Shown piece after piece: positions 1-12,264 of a stretch of 64,000 nucleotides of DNA. The stretch is taken from the NCBI GenBank assembly GCA_964016885.1, contig OZ024753.1:43772001-43836000 (forward strand), in the 5' to 3' direction. Both the position numbers and the translations under genes were made by a program. Positions within the stretch are counted from its first letter, which is position 1. Every line of letters starts with the position of its first letter. The notes beneath the pieces are model-generated. The model was not told the origin of the DNA. It ran no database searches and saw nothing but the letters and a program-made list of their open reading frames with translations. Source of the stretch: Eledone cirrhosa. Its lineage: Eukaryota.

Positions 1-508
1 AGTAGGACAGTAGGGCAGAATCCATAACCAAGAGGTTAGAAAGTGAACTCTTTAACCACACGACCATTCCTCTTCCAATGGTAAAAAAAAACAAAAAAAA
101 ACAACCTATATTTTTTGGTGCTTTTTAAATAACTAACATCTCAACTTTCTTGGATTCTGTCTTTGGAATGTTCTATGTAGAAAGTAAGGAAAATGGCAGA
201 CAATTCTTTAAGGTTGCCTTAAAGTTGGCAACAGGAATTGCTGTTATACATCTAGATGTTCAGCTTGCTGGTATTTCAAATCAATTATCAAACTGCTATG
301 ATCATTATTTACACTGTTGACTTTGACAACCAATCATTATTGGCAGTAAAATAAGAGCTGGCACTGAGCAGGAATTGGCACACTTGGCGAATCTTCTCTG
401 CAGACATCTTGTCATAAGAATGTTTGTCTCTCTTCACAGAATTTCTACATATTTACAAATGTAAAATAAGAGTTCTAACCAAAATTACAACCTCACTCCC
501 ATACACAC

Positions 509-560
<52 letters not shown>

Positions 561-610
561 TATATATACATACACACAAATATATATACATACACACACA
601 TATATATATT

Positions 611-796
611 GGATTGGCAGTATCGGTAGAGGGTCGGACGCCATGCTTTCCAGCATAGTTACGTCCCTTTACGATCTGAGTTCAAATCCCGCCAAGGTTG
701 ACTTTGCCTTTCATCCTTACGGGGTCGATAAAATAAAGTACCAGTAATGCACTGGGTAATTGCTGGCCTTGTGCCTAAAGTAGAAACAATTATTAT
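611..796 (+). mobile_element. tRNA-derived SINE, family A (Meta/MESC-like central domain)
   Basis: A-box-like GGCAGTATCGGTAGAG, B-box GAGTTCAAATCCC, core GCCTTTCATCCTTACGGGGTCGATAAAATAAAGTACCAG, (ATT) tail; about 15 near-identical copies in the window. Domain name from recall. Confidence 0.9.
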
Positions 797-797
797 C

Positions 798-933
798 TTG
801 TTATGTCCTTGAGGAAGACACTTTATTACTTCACGTTGCTCCTTCTACCTGGAGTTGTGGCCGATAGATAGTATTAGCAACTGGAAAGACCAAGGAATTT
901 GGTTCGATTTGATGAAAGTCGATCGACTGTCGA
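798..933 (+). mobile_element. 5'-truncated SINE family B, tail variant B2
   Basis: TGTCCTTGAGGAAGACACTTTATT core followed by the CTACCTGGAGTTG...GAAAGTCGATCG tail; matches 18340-18563 and 58272-58472. Confidence 0.75.
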
Positions 934-948
934 TTATTATTATTATTT

Positions 949-1133
949 GGATTCTCAGTATCGGTAGAGCGTCAGACGCCATGCTTTCCAGCACAGTTAC
1001 GTCCCTTTACGGACTGAGTTCAAATCCCGCCGAGGTTAACTTTGCCTTTCATCCTTACGGGGTCGATAAAATAAAGTACCAGTAATGCACTGGGATAATT
1101 GCTGGCCTTGTACCAAAAGTAGAAACAATTATT
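949..1133 (+). mobile_element. SINE family A
   Basis: Near-identical to 611-796. Confidence 0.9.
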
Positions 1134-1231
1134 ATTATTATTATTAGTAGTAGTAGTATTAGTACAGATTGATGTTTAAGCAAAGAATTTCTGCTTTCAC
1201 CCTATACGGGATCTTCTGAAACTTAATCCTT

Positions 1232-1266
<35 letters not shown>

Positions 1267-1414
1267 AATTGTCAATTTTTATGAATTAGGTATTATAATG
1301 TAAATATCAGTATTCATGAATGAGACACATATCCATAATGTGTGAGAAAGGTGACCACATGCTCAGTTAAAAATTCTTATATATATAACTATCATAACAG
1401 TTTCACTACCAAAT

Positions 1415-1685
1415 CAACTTTTTAAAAGGAAGTTGCATTATCACAAGGTATGTCACTAATTATTTATAAAACAGCTTATGCATTGTATTTTGTCTGAGGA
1501 AGGCATAACAAATTTTTAATATGATATCCCAGAAATATATATAACGAAATAAATATGGTTTTATAAATATAAATATAGTTTCCATTTGTTTAATATCGTA
1601 AACCTACTCCAGAAACTGTTGAGTGCTTTTATATCAGTTATAAAATATTTACTCGTTGTAACCCAACAATCTTAAATAAAACTTT

Positions 1686-1689
<4 letters not shown>
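1415..1689 (+). mobile_element. Short TA-embedded non-autonomous element P1 (Penelope-like/retrozyme-like)
   Basis: Homologous to 55792-56251 and 61059-61280; ends in (TA)n; contains a hammerhead motif at 1486-1551. Confidence 0.7.
1486..1551 (+). ncRNA. Type I hammerhead ribozyme motif (P1 copy 1)
   Basis: TATTTTGT-CTGAGGA-stem II-GAAA-TATATA-TA-ACGAAATA; stem I has 8 bp, stem II is imperfect in this copy. Confidence 0.6.
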
Positions 1690-1724
<35 letters not shown>

Positions 1725-1984
1725 GATAACAAGTTATCATTATAGGTAATCCAGTTAGAGGTAATCCGGTATACTATATATATATATATATATATACTAC
1801 TATATATATATAAATAAATATATAGTAATTCTCAGGGAGATTCAGTGTGAAAAGTCTAACCTTTTGAAGTATAGATACAACTCAGTTTTGCCAGCTCAGC
1901 GTACATTATCAATATGAAAATATGTCTCAGTGAAACAACACACTACACAGTTCCAGAAATGAAGCTCACAACTATGAGGTAAAC

Positions 1985-2392
1985 AACCCTAACAACCCTA
2001 ACCACTAAGCCACCCTAACAACCCTAACCACTAAGCCACCCTAACCACCCTAACCACTAAGCCACCCTAACCACCCTAACCACTAAGCCACCCTAACCAC
2101 CCTAACCACTAAGCAACCCTAACAACCCTAACCACTAAGCCACCCTAACCACCCTAACCACCCTAACCACTAAGCCACCCTAACCACTAAGCCACCCTAA
2201 CCACCCTAACCACTAAGCCACCCTAACAACCCTAACCACTAAGCCACCCTAACAACCCTAACCACTAAGCCACCCTAACAACCCTAACCACTAAGCCACC
2301 CTAACCACCCTAACCACTAAGCCACCCTAACAACCCTAACCACTAAGCCACCCTAACAACCCTAACCACCAAGCCACCCTAACCACCAAGCC
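1985..2392. repeat. 26-bp minisatellite CCACCCTAACAACCCTAACCACTAAG (about 15 copies) amplified from a SINE-B head
   Basis: Period 26 read directly; the unit is the reverse complement of the GGCTTAGTGGTTAGGG A-box; degenerate minus-strand SINE body at 1830-1985. Confidence 0.9.
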
Positions 2393-2771
2393 ACATATAC
2401 AGACACAGACATTTAAAAGTTAAAACATGTCTTGTTTCAAGTATTGTTTGTTGGTATTGTTATTTTAATAGAAATGTTTTCTATCGATATTAATATTCTA
2501 GTGAATGTCATGTTAAACTATTACATTTTACATTTGTATATGTTTTATGTTTGGTTCTTCCCTCTTCTACTAAAATGTGCTTCACCATTCTCAGAACATG
2601 CAGCAAACATTGGTCTGCTTTTTCTTCCAACAATTGCCTTCAGTAAATTACTTAGAATTACTTTGCATTGGAGAGAGAAAAACAAAAAAACAACGAAACG
2701 AAACAAAACAAAGTATAAGCTAACTAATCAGTTTTCTACAAGAAAATATATGTATAATATCACATTACCCG

Positions 2772-2960
2772 TCTTCTTCTTTGCCTTCTTCTTTTTTGCC
2801 TTCTTCTTCTTCTTCTTCTTTGCCTTCTTCTTTTTTGCCTTCTTCTTCTTCTTCTTCTTCTTCTTCGCCTTCTTCTTCTTTGCCTTCTTCTTCTTCTTCT
2901 TCTTCTTCTTCTTCTTCTTCTTCTTCTTCTTCTTCTTCTTCTTTGCCTTCTTCTTCTTCT
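2772..2960. repeat. (TTC)n microsatellite with TTTGCC interruptions
   Basis: Direct reading. Confidence 0.95.
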
Positions 2961-3385
2961 AAAAATAATAATAATGAACTTATTGTGTACAGTGCTCAGG
3001 TACACTCCTCCCTCCTCTATTATATAACATCACCCCACTTCTCTATACTATTGTCATATCTCCACTTACTCTCAACTCTGATGTAAGACAACATTCAGTC
3101 ACTCACAATATTAAGTTCATATATATATTTATTTATTTTATTATCTATTTATTTCGGATATTTACATATTTTTCTATTTATTCATCAGTTTTCTCTTCTT
3201 TAAAATCAACAATGGTAAGCAAATTTTCTGAGATCTAAAATGAAGAAACTAAAGAATTATTTTTGTAAAGAGTTTGCTTAAAAATAAGAGAATTGGAATG
3301 AGATGGCTCAGTCATGTGTTGAAGAGTACATGTGAAAGTGACTGGGAGTGATGTATGCATGAAGAGAAATGGAATGAGTTCTAAC

Positions 3386-3733
3386 CAGGGCTGGATTTTG
3401 ACCTTAGGGGGCCTGGAGCACTTCAGGTTTGAGGGTGCCCAGTGCACTTCGATTTTAGGGGCCCCCCCTCATACACAAAAAATTATAATACACGGCAACC
3501 CCCAAGTTTTACTTACCTGGTGCAATTAATTGGATTTAAAAAGTTATACATACAGGTATTAAATTTAAAAAATCTAACCACCCTAAAACTAAAGAGCCCA
3601 GCAGAGGGCACAAATAAATTGGTCGGGCCCCCACTGCAGGGGACCCAGGCCAATTGCCTCCCCTCACCATTAAATCTGACCTGGGCCAATTGCCCCTCCC
3701 CCACCCCCACCACTACCATTAAATCTGGCCCAG
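3386..3733. mobile_element. hAT-type MITE
   Basis: Imperfect TIRs CAGGGCTGGATTT / AAATCTGGCCCAG; exact 8-bp TSD GTTCTAAC at 3378-3385 and 3734-3741. Confidence 0.85.
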
Positions 3734-4130
3734 GTTCTAACAACATTATTAGCCCTACTATAAACAGGTTGTTAGAACAAATAGTAATATAACTTGCTAA
3801 TTATTAAGCTGGTGTTTGGAACATAGCTTAACAAAGGTTCTTGAAATATTTTTTTTTAGATAAATATATTTATTTATTATTTTATGGGAAGCAAGAGAAG
3901 TTGTAAAACAAGAGGTTCTGTTGTTAACTTGCTACACAATAGTTGCAGTAATAGGGACTTGTGCTGTGTTTACTTGAAATAAAATGTCTTGTTCAAGGAC
4001 ACAATGCACTGCTGGGAATCAAACTCACAACCTTACAATTGTAAACTGAATACCCTAACCACAAAGCCACACACCTTCACAATTCCATCAATAACTTGTG
4101 ATGGTCACTCACCAATTAATGGATATATCA

Positions 4131-4573
4131 GAAGGCACATCGCTTAGTGGTTAGAGCATTCGGCTTGCAATCGAAAAGTTGTGAGTTCAAATCTCGGACC
4201 GGGTGATGTGTTGTTTCCTTGAGCAAGACACTTTATTTCACATTGCTCCAGTTTACACAGCTGTAGAAATGAGATGATAAGGTTGGGGTCCTTATCATTC
4301 CACTGCAAAGTGGTCGTGGAGGTGCCACAGCAAAAAAGCACCCAGCCTACACTGCAAAGTGGACATGTAGGTGCCACGGCAAAAAAGCATCCAGCACTCA
4401 CTGTAAATGAGGTTGGTGTTAGGAAGGGCATCCAGCTGTAGAAATCAAGCCAGAATCAGTTCCCATATGAGCAAGACAAGGTCAGCCGACCGGACACTGC
4501 CCACAACAGGACAACCCATCTAACCCATGCTAGCATGGAAGAACGGACGTAAAACGGTGATGATGATGATGAT
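4131..4573 (+). mobile_element. Full-length SINE family B1 (tRNA head, CORE-like domain, RTE-type tail)
   Basis: GCTTAGTGGTTAGAGC head, GAGTTCAAATCTC B-box, CCTTGAGCAAGACACTT core, GGACGTAAAACGG(TGA)n tail; flanked by ATCAGAAG direct repeats. Confidence 0.9.
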
Positions 4574-5077
4574 CAGAAGAAAGAAAATCATTGAGTCAAT
4601 CATCTGACAACACAGGCTGTCTACTGAAGCCTATAATATATACATAAAGAGCAGATTTATAACAAATCTACAAAAGAATATTCCACAAAGTGAGAAAACA
4701 GAAAAGTCTAATGTTAGGCTTCTCTTCCTTTCTTACGGTGAAATATTTCATGTTGTGAACATTTTGTAATTACTATTTGCCTATACAGACAATCACTGGT
4801 TTTTCCAGAATCTTCTGTTACACAATAGAAAACACACTTGAAGTTAAAATGACTGAGCTAGTAAATTATTTGATACCTGACTTCACAGCGAAGAATTCAA
4901 ATTCACTGCTAGGCGACTGTTTGCTACATACAAAGAAAAAAATTGAAAGCTGAAAGTAGAATAAAGTATGATGTTATGGTCAAAATCAAATGATATTAAG
5001 AATTCTTTACAATATTTAAATCCTGAGTATTAAAATTTAAATATCAGGCAGTTAGTGGAGTGATATAAATTATAAAG

Positions 5078-6260
5078 TTTAATCCTTTTTATACCAACTC
5101 AGACAATCTGCCACATATTCTATGAAACAAAACCACCCATTTTAAAGGGCTTCTATTTAAAACAAAATCTTCCAATATAATTTTATATAAGAACCATATT
5201 TTAAGTTAATATCTTAGTAATGAAATAATTAATAATTTTAATAAATCACTCAAAATTCTTCATTAATTAATTGAAGTATAGTGTTTCTATTTAAATTAAA
5301 ATCATCCAACATAATTTATATCAGAATCAATTGTATATTACGTTGCTATTTTAGTAAATCCATAAAAATTCTTCATCTGTTAATTGAAATAGTGAGTATT
5401 TTATCTGAGATATTGTCACGAAAGGGTTAATGAATAGACAGACATGCTTACCAGACATAGGAAATGATTGTTTCCATAAAGATTATTTATTAGTGGTTGA
5501 AATAAAGAGATTACAATTGCTTTAGATGTATTACAACTGAAATCTACTATATGCTAGATTTATGTAGTAAGATACCATTTGATATTGAGATATAAATAAT
5601 CTCTAATACGTTGAAGAGTTCATAAGAACTTGAGCTTAGCTCTAGTAGCAGAGAATTAAGAATGTGGATGATGAGTGCTCTCTCTCTCTTCTCCTACTCC
5701 AAAGAACATCTGATTACATTAAATAATAATCTGGTATTAATGCTTTAATAGGCAGGTGAAATTTCAAAATTTAACCTGCTACATTAAGCCACATTGAACT
5801 TATAAACTGGTACTCCTAAACCACATTCTTTTAGCCTTTCTCCCTGATCTTCTACTGAAATGGAGCCGCTACTTAATCCTTATTAACCCTTCTGATATCT
5901 ACCTGTCCAAAACCATTTCTTAGATAAGAACCATATGATATATTACTATCTTAATAATAAAGCAATTAATAATTTTAGTAAATCCCTCAAAATTCTTTGT
6001 TAATTCTTTGAAATAGAATGTATTTCATTAGAAATATGGTCATAAAAGAGTTAAGGTCCTATTTAAATTAAAGTCTTCCAGCATAATTTAGTAAAACCCA
6101 CAAACTTGTTTATAAAATATTTGCTTCTCATACTTACGCTAAGGTATTGTTCTCAAAATAAATAATATCGTAATCTCATAGATTTGATATTATGTGAAAT
6201 AAAGCCTATACCATAAAAATACAATAATATAAATAGAGTAATGTAAATGCTAAAGGGTTA
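5078..6260. mobile_element. Cluster of degenerate piggyBac-like (TTAA) MITE relics
   Basis: TTAACCCTT...AAGGGTTAA-like ends near 5078/5430, 5883/6053 and 6260; shared internal sequence; related copy at 25500-25632. Confidence 0.45.
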
Positions 6261-6722
6261 ATAGTGAAATTTCATTACTAAACTAATTATAAAATCAATC
6301 CGATTTAGCTGGGAGGCAACTTAATATTTCATGAAGATAACAACATACAATTCTCTTAACACTGGCAACTATCAAAGTTGTAATCCTTTTGACTCCAAAC
6401 CACCTTAACCTATCTCTGATTCTGTGATACATAAACTCTAAATTTTGAAGTGTTTATGTTTGTTTAAACAACCTTCCATCACAATTTTATATAGGGGCAT
6501 ATATACTCATAGATACTCATTAATAATCGCGCTATAGACTACCCTTGCCCAAGGTGACTTGCAGACGTCTTCAACCCCAAATCATGTGTTTACAAACCAA
6601 ACTATTTAACAAATATAGCCACATCTGTGCTTTGAAAAATATTTTTAATTTCTCTTTTAAATTAGATATGTTGAAATTCAATCCTACATTATTTTAATAA
6701 AGGTTTTAAAACATGTTTTGAT

Positions 6723-6724
<2 letters not shown>

Positions 6725-6777
<53 letters not shown>

Positions 6778-6910
6778 TCTCTCTCTCTCTTCCTCTCTTC
6801 TCTCTCTCTCTCTTCCTCTCCTCTCTCTCTTCCTCTCCTCTCTTCCCCCTCTCCTCTCTTCCCCCTCTCCTCTCTTCCCCCTCTCCTCTCTTCCCCCTCT
6901 CTTCTCTCTC
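6725..6910. repeat. (TC)n / polypyrimidine tract
   Basis: Direct reading. Confidence 0.95.
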
Positions 6911-7226
6911 TTGTGAATTGAAAAATTGCTACTTCAGATTTAGAACGATAAAATTAAAATTAATATTTAATTTTGTCTCCAAAATCAATCAATAATGTTT
7001 GGCTTGATAAACATTTATAAGCTGCGGAAACTGAAACAATAGATTAAACTTAAACACTGAGAAATATATTAGATATCTTGAAAGATATGTTTTATAGAAA
7101 TTATATAACTCTGAACTACTAGGGACTATTTCAACAAGAACGAAACTACTTGATAATTATCAATATATATATATATATATACCCTTATTATTACTTATTA
7201 TTATATATACATATATACATATATAA

Positions 7227-7259
<33 letters not shown>

Positions 7260-7353
7260 CATATATATATATAAACCTTTATTATTATATATTTATTTAT
7301 ATATACATATAAATGCATATACATGCATAAACATACATATATATATATACATT

Positions 7354-7415
<62 letters not shown>

Positions 7416-8052
7416 TATATATACACACATACATATAGAAACACACACACATATATATATATAAATGTAATTCCCCTAATTATGTGTAATTGGAAAATGC
7501 ATCATTTTAAGATAATTTACTGAGAATAATAGTAATTAAAATGTATAAAACGGCATAAATAGAAAGACAAATGGAAATTAATTCAAAGAAAACTGATATT
7601 CTCTTAATAGGTTCTTATTAGTAAATAAATTAGTTGATGATCTTCTGCAAATCTTTCAAATGCTAAAGTCTTTTCTCGTCCATTGTTGAAAGAAAATTGA
7701 ATGTAATATGACAAAGTAATTTAATAAATAGGCAATGTTTCCTTCCATTAACCAGTTCACTCTTTGTAATTTCATAAGGTTAAAGAAAACAAAATTAAAT
7801 TTATAGTTTCTCAATTAAAATCTAATATATTTTTGGTCTTTACAATATATCTCGAAATTTATTGCCACTTATTAAGGATATGATAAGCAGGTAATTTTTC
7901 TCAATTATTTACAAATATATATTGACAAGAATTCCCTTAGAAAATCTAAAAACATTTTATATACATAAAGTATCATTGATAAAGAGTTCTAAGCTTGACA
8001 TAAATGTTCTAGATTAGTTTCTTTATTATAGAATTACTGAAACAATAGTTAA

Positions 8053-8385
8053 TAATTGTTTCTACTTTTGGCACAAGGCCAGCAATTATCCCAGTGCATT
8101 ACTGGTACTTTATTTTATCGACCCCGTAAGGATGAAAGGCAAAGTTAACCTCGGCGGGATTTGAACTCAGATCATAAAGGGACGTAACTCTATGCTTCAA
8201 AGCATTGTGTCCGACTCTCTATCGATACTGCCAATCCATGGTTTATGATTTAGGCACAAGGCCAACAATTTTTGATCGATTAAATCGAGCCCAGTGCATT
8301 ACTGCTACTTTATTTTATTGATCCTGTAAGGATGAAAGGCAAGATTTGAAATCAGAACGTAAAGGGCCGTAACTATATGCCAAGA
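8053..8385 (-). mobile_element. Two tandem SINE family A copies (young 8053-8237, older 8238-8385)
   Basis: Reverse complement of the family A consensus, twice. Confidence 0.85.
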
Positions 8386-8599
8386 GAAATAATTGTTTCT
8401 GATTTAGGCATTTAAAAGTTCATTACATACTTCATTGAGTGTGTAATGTGTGCAAGCAAGATTATAGTTGATACTATAACCTTGTCATATATATATATTC
8501 ATTTATTATGGTTCATTTATTATGACTCTACATCACCATAATAAATGAATATTTGAACTCTACTTTGCTAACAAGTACACTTTTCTCTCATCTGCCAGC

Positions 8600-9460
8600 T
8601 ACATACGGAGACTGAGGTTAGCTGGACATGCTCACCAACATCCAGAGTTGACACTTCACTCAGTGCTCCTGTGGGAGCCCCTACACGGACACACTAGGTT
8701 AGCTGGACATGCTCACCGACATCCAGAGTTGACACTGCACTCAGTGCTCCTGTGAGAGCCCCTACACGGACACACTAGGTTAGCTGGACATGCTCACCGA
8801 CATCCAGAGTTGACACTGCACTCAGTGATCCTGTGGGCGCCCCTACACGGACACACTAGGTTAGCTGGACATGCTCACCGACATCCTGAGTTGACACTGC
8901 TCCTGTGGGAGCCCCTACACGGACACACTAGGTTAGCTGGACATGCTCACCGATATCCAGAGTTGACACTGCACTCAGTGCTCTTGTGGGAGCCCCTACA
9001 CGGACACACGAGGTTAGCTGGACATGCTCACCGACATCCAGAGTTGACACTGCACTCAGTGCTCTTGTGGGAGCCCCTACACGGACACACTAGGTTAGCT
9101 GGACATGCTCACCAACATCCAGAGTTGACACTGCACTCAGTGCTCTTGTGGGAGCCCCTACATGGACACACTAGGTTAGCTGGACATGCTCACCAACATC
9201 CAGAGTTGACACTGCACTCAGTGCTCTTGTGGGAGCCCTTACAAGGACACACTAGGTTAGCTGGACATGCTCACCGACATCCAGAGTTGACGCTGCACTC
9301 AGTGCTCCTGTGGGAGCCCATGCATGGACACACTGGAAGAGGAAGACCGAGGTTAACATATGTTGATGCCCTAAGAACAGACACTGGTCTCTTAGAGACG
9401 CAGGACATGGCAGCGATAATGAGGGACAGAGACCGATGAAGAGAACTAGTTCATGGATCT
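8600..9460 (+). mobile_element. 3' fragment of an RTE-clade LINE with an internal 81-bp tandem amplification (9 units)
   Basis: Translation RLAGHAHRHPEL..LLWEP.HG..RGRPRLTYVDAL..DTG..M.DRD is typical of an RTE ORF2 C-terminus; units start near 8612, 8693, 8774, 8855, 8927, 9008, 9089, 9170 and 9251. Confidence 0.85.
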
Positions 9461-9600
9461 CGGGAATTTTACCCACCCTAGATATATATATATATATATA
9501 TATATTCAAGTAAAGAAATTTGGTTGATTGAAAATCTGCTGACTTTTTCATAACAGATGTCAAGCACCCAACAGTTTTTGTTCATCCAGAGTTTTATTAT

Positions 9601-9808
9601 TATAATAAACAAGAAAGACGGTTTCATTTGTCCATCCCTATTTATTTTATTATACGTATTTTGAAGATGAATGGCATTTGTTTAACATCTCGTGTGGATT
9701 ATTGTCTGAAGAGAACACGTAGGGCAGATGTTATACAAATGCCATATGTCTTTGAAATACATATAATAAAATGAATAGGGATGGACAAATGAAACCATCT
9801 TTCTTGTT

Positions 9809-9815
<7 letters not shown>
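9601..9815 (+). mobile_element. TA-adjacent foldback element: 90-bp imperfect inverted arms plus hammerhead-like motif
   Basis: Arms 9601-9690 and 9726-9815 differ at about 9 positions; CTGAAGA at 9706-9712, GAAA at 9754-9757. Confidence 0.65.
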
Positions 9816-9849
<34 letters not shown>

Positions 9850-10740
9850 AGTATGATGGCATATTTTTCTCTCACATAATATTCTATACAGTGAGTGCAT
9901 TGGACAAAATTACAGTAATCTTTCATGTTTATAGGAGTTCAAGCATGTAAGATATGCAAGCAATTATCTCCATTTTAGAGACTTCCACTTCCCTCTCACT
10001 TTTTAGTGTTGCATTTCTTCTTCAGGAATGTGTCTTCTGATGAAAGAATTTCTCTTTGAACAACTTTGATTCTACATCTATTCATTGAATATATTTCTAG
10101 CCTCCATGAATGGAATAGATTTTCTACTTCTTGTCTGCTTTCAACCATTTAACTTATCTCTGTTGGAACAGTCTATTTTTTTTACTTTAGTCATACCAAA
10201 TATTGTATTCCATTCTCTTCTCTCTCTCTCTCTCTCTCTTCCATTCTCTTCTCTGCCGCTCTCTTCCATTCTCTTCTCTGCCGCTCTGTCATTCCCTCTC
10301 TTTTCCTCATTCCGCTCTTGTCCTCTCTCTCTCTCTCATCCTTCCCTCTCTCATCTTGCCCTTCTCTGTAATTCTACCTCTCCTTCTCATTCCCTCCCTC
10401 TCTCTATCTCTCATCCCTCCCCCTACTTCTCCCCCTCCCCCCCTCTTTCTGTCTCTCTCCAAGACTCTATGAATTGGTTGGCACCAATGAAAATAATTGA
10501 ATGCTTCAATGTCATGTTGAGATGCTGTGGTATAGAGAGAGGCATTAGTTTTGAACAACAGTTGTTTGTAAGATTTATCATAGAAAAAGTTATAGCGTCA
10601 ACGAAGATCAGCTATTTTAAGTTCAATGTTACAGAATTATCTCACATCAGTTTCTGTTATTTTCTCATGTATAATGGGAGAAAGTTTCAACTAAAATTAA
10701 GAGCGAAAAGTAGGGAGGTAGTATTATACACAAGTACAAT

Positions 10741-10978
10741 CCCGAAGAGCTCAATTTGCTGGCCACTGTCACCGTGCCAGCAATGAAATCATATCCGCTC
10801 TCTTGCTCTGGAACCCTGACTCCAGCCTGACTAGGAGTAGAAAGCTCTCATTCCCTGACGTTATCTCTAGGGATACGGGAATCCGTAGACAGGACCTGGG
10901 GGCAGCGATGGGGGACGGAATTCTGGGGCATGAGAGTGAGATCCATCATCTCGACAGTAGTCGACGAGTGATGATGAT
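10741..10978 (+). mobile_element. 3' fragment of a second RTE-clade LINE lineage
   Basis: RRAQFAGHCHRASNEIISALLLWNP...SFPDVISRDTGI...LGAAMGD followed by a (TGA)n tail. Confidence 0.75.
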
Positions 10979-11049
10979 ATATTTTCAGAAAGTTTTACAG
11001 AGTTTAAAAATATCAATTTCAAATGACAAGATTACAAACAGTCACTTCT

Positions 11050-11380
11050 GTTAATGTCTGTATGGCCCCTGTACCTCACGAGGGAGTCGATGTGGCACTG
11101 TATTGACATATGGTGCATTTCTGGGGTATTTTTTAAACCAGATGGAGCCCATATCTCTCCAGATCCGAATACAGCAGATTTCTTCCAGAGAAGGATAGAA
11201 AGTAAGAGAGAGAAAGTGGGAAAGAGATACAGAGAAACAACTGACCTCAGTATTTGACTGGTACTTTTTTTTTTATTGACCTTGATTGGATGAAAGACAA
11301 ATTTGACCTCAGTGGGATATGAACTCAGAGTGTGAAACTGAAATTCTCTATCTGATCTTCTAATGACTCTGCTAATAGAC
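11050..11380 (-). mobile_element. Old SINE-A-like copy with an alternative 3' tail
   Basis: Degenerate A core at 11245-11340; 11100-11235 is reverse-complement homologous to 54185-54300, which follows another old A copy. Confidence 0.6.
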
Positions 11381-11411
11381 ATGGCTGTACTTCAGGGTCA
11401 CATTATACAAG

Positions 11412-11597
11412 GGATTGGCAGTATCGGTAGAGGGTCAGATGCCATGCTTTTTAGCAAAGAGTTACGGCCCTTTATGGTCTGAGTTCAAATCCCGCTGAGG
11501 TTAACTTTGCCTTTCATCCTTACAGTGTTGATAAAATAAAGTACCAGTAATACACTGGGATAATTGCTGGCCTTGTGCCAAAAGTAGAAACAATTAT
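11412..11597 (+). mobile_element. SINE family A
   Basis: Consensus match; TATACAAG flanking repeats. Confidence 0.9.
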
Positions 11598-12264
11598 ATA
11601 CAAGAATGTAATTTATTCCCTTTGATTTTTAACTTTAGAACCATGAAGTGTGTTATACTTAAGTCATTTTATACACAAAATATTTTTAGTGCATTATACT
11701 TAAGTCTTATTATACACAAGAAAATACTTTGACAGTAGCTTGTAACAGGAATTGTTAGTAAGATTTATCATTAAAAAAAGTTATAGCTTCAATGAAGAAT
11801 AACTATTTTAAGTTCAATAATATAAAATGTTCTAATATTAGCTCAGTTACTTTTCAGGATTCCTGGTTTTTGGAAATTCTGGAAGATTTTATAAAATTAT
11901 ACTGGTGTTTCAGACTACCCTCAGGCATTATTGCTTGATGGAAATGCAGGCAATTAAGATATTGAATGTTGTATTTTATATAATTTACTATCTGATATTC
12001 TGGTTGTGTCGTAACTGAGTGTGATATCATTGTAGAACTATACTTGCAAATAATATATAAACGTAAATAAGACTGCTTTTGCTCCAATCTATCCATCCTA
12101 AACCAAATGCTAACCTACACTCCTGATTCCTGCTGAACTAACCCATGACCCACCTCCTGTATTTGGCAAATCGAATGGGGATTGCCCACCTTCCCAAACT
12201 TGGCAAACTGAACACGGACTGCAACAATCACCAAATGAGGAAGGCAGATGTTATGTTATGTTAA

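Noticed and set aside
1185-1225. Hammerhead in family P3 (minus strand CAGAAGA-TCCC..GGGT-GAAAGC)
   Set aside because: Core U4 is missing and there is no UH triplet with stem I pairing in the visible copies.
3135-3192. Minus-strand CTGATGA...CCGAAA
   Set aside because: No stem II or stem I pairing.
4131-4210. tRNA genes at SINE heads
   Set aside because: A and B boxes are present but there is no acceptor stem or full cloverleaf, and they continue into SINE bodies.
4144-4431. Repeated 95-aa ORF MPFLTPTSFTVSAGC... (also 24833, 63474) as a gene family
   Set aside because: Antisense reading of SINE B1; the similarity reflects repeat copies.
10035-10070. CTGATGA-AAGA..TCTT hammerhead-like start
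   Set aside because: Followed by GAAC rather than GAAA, with no stem I.
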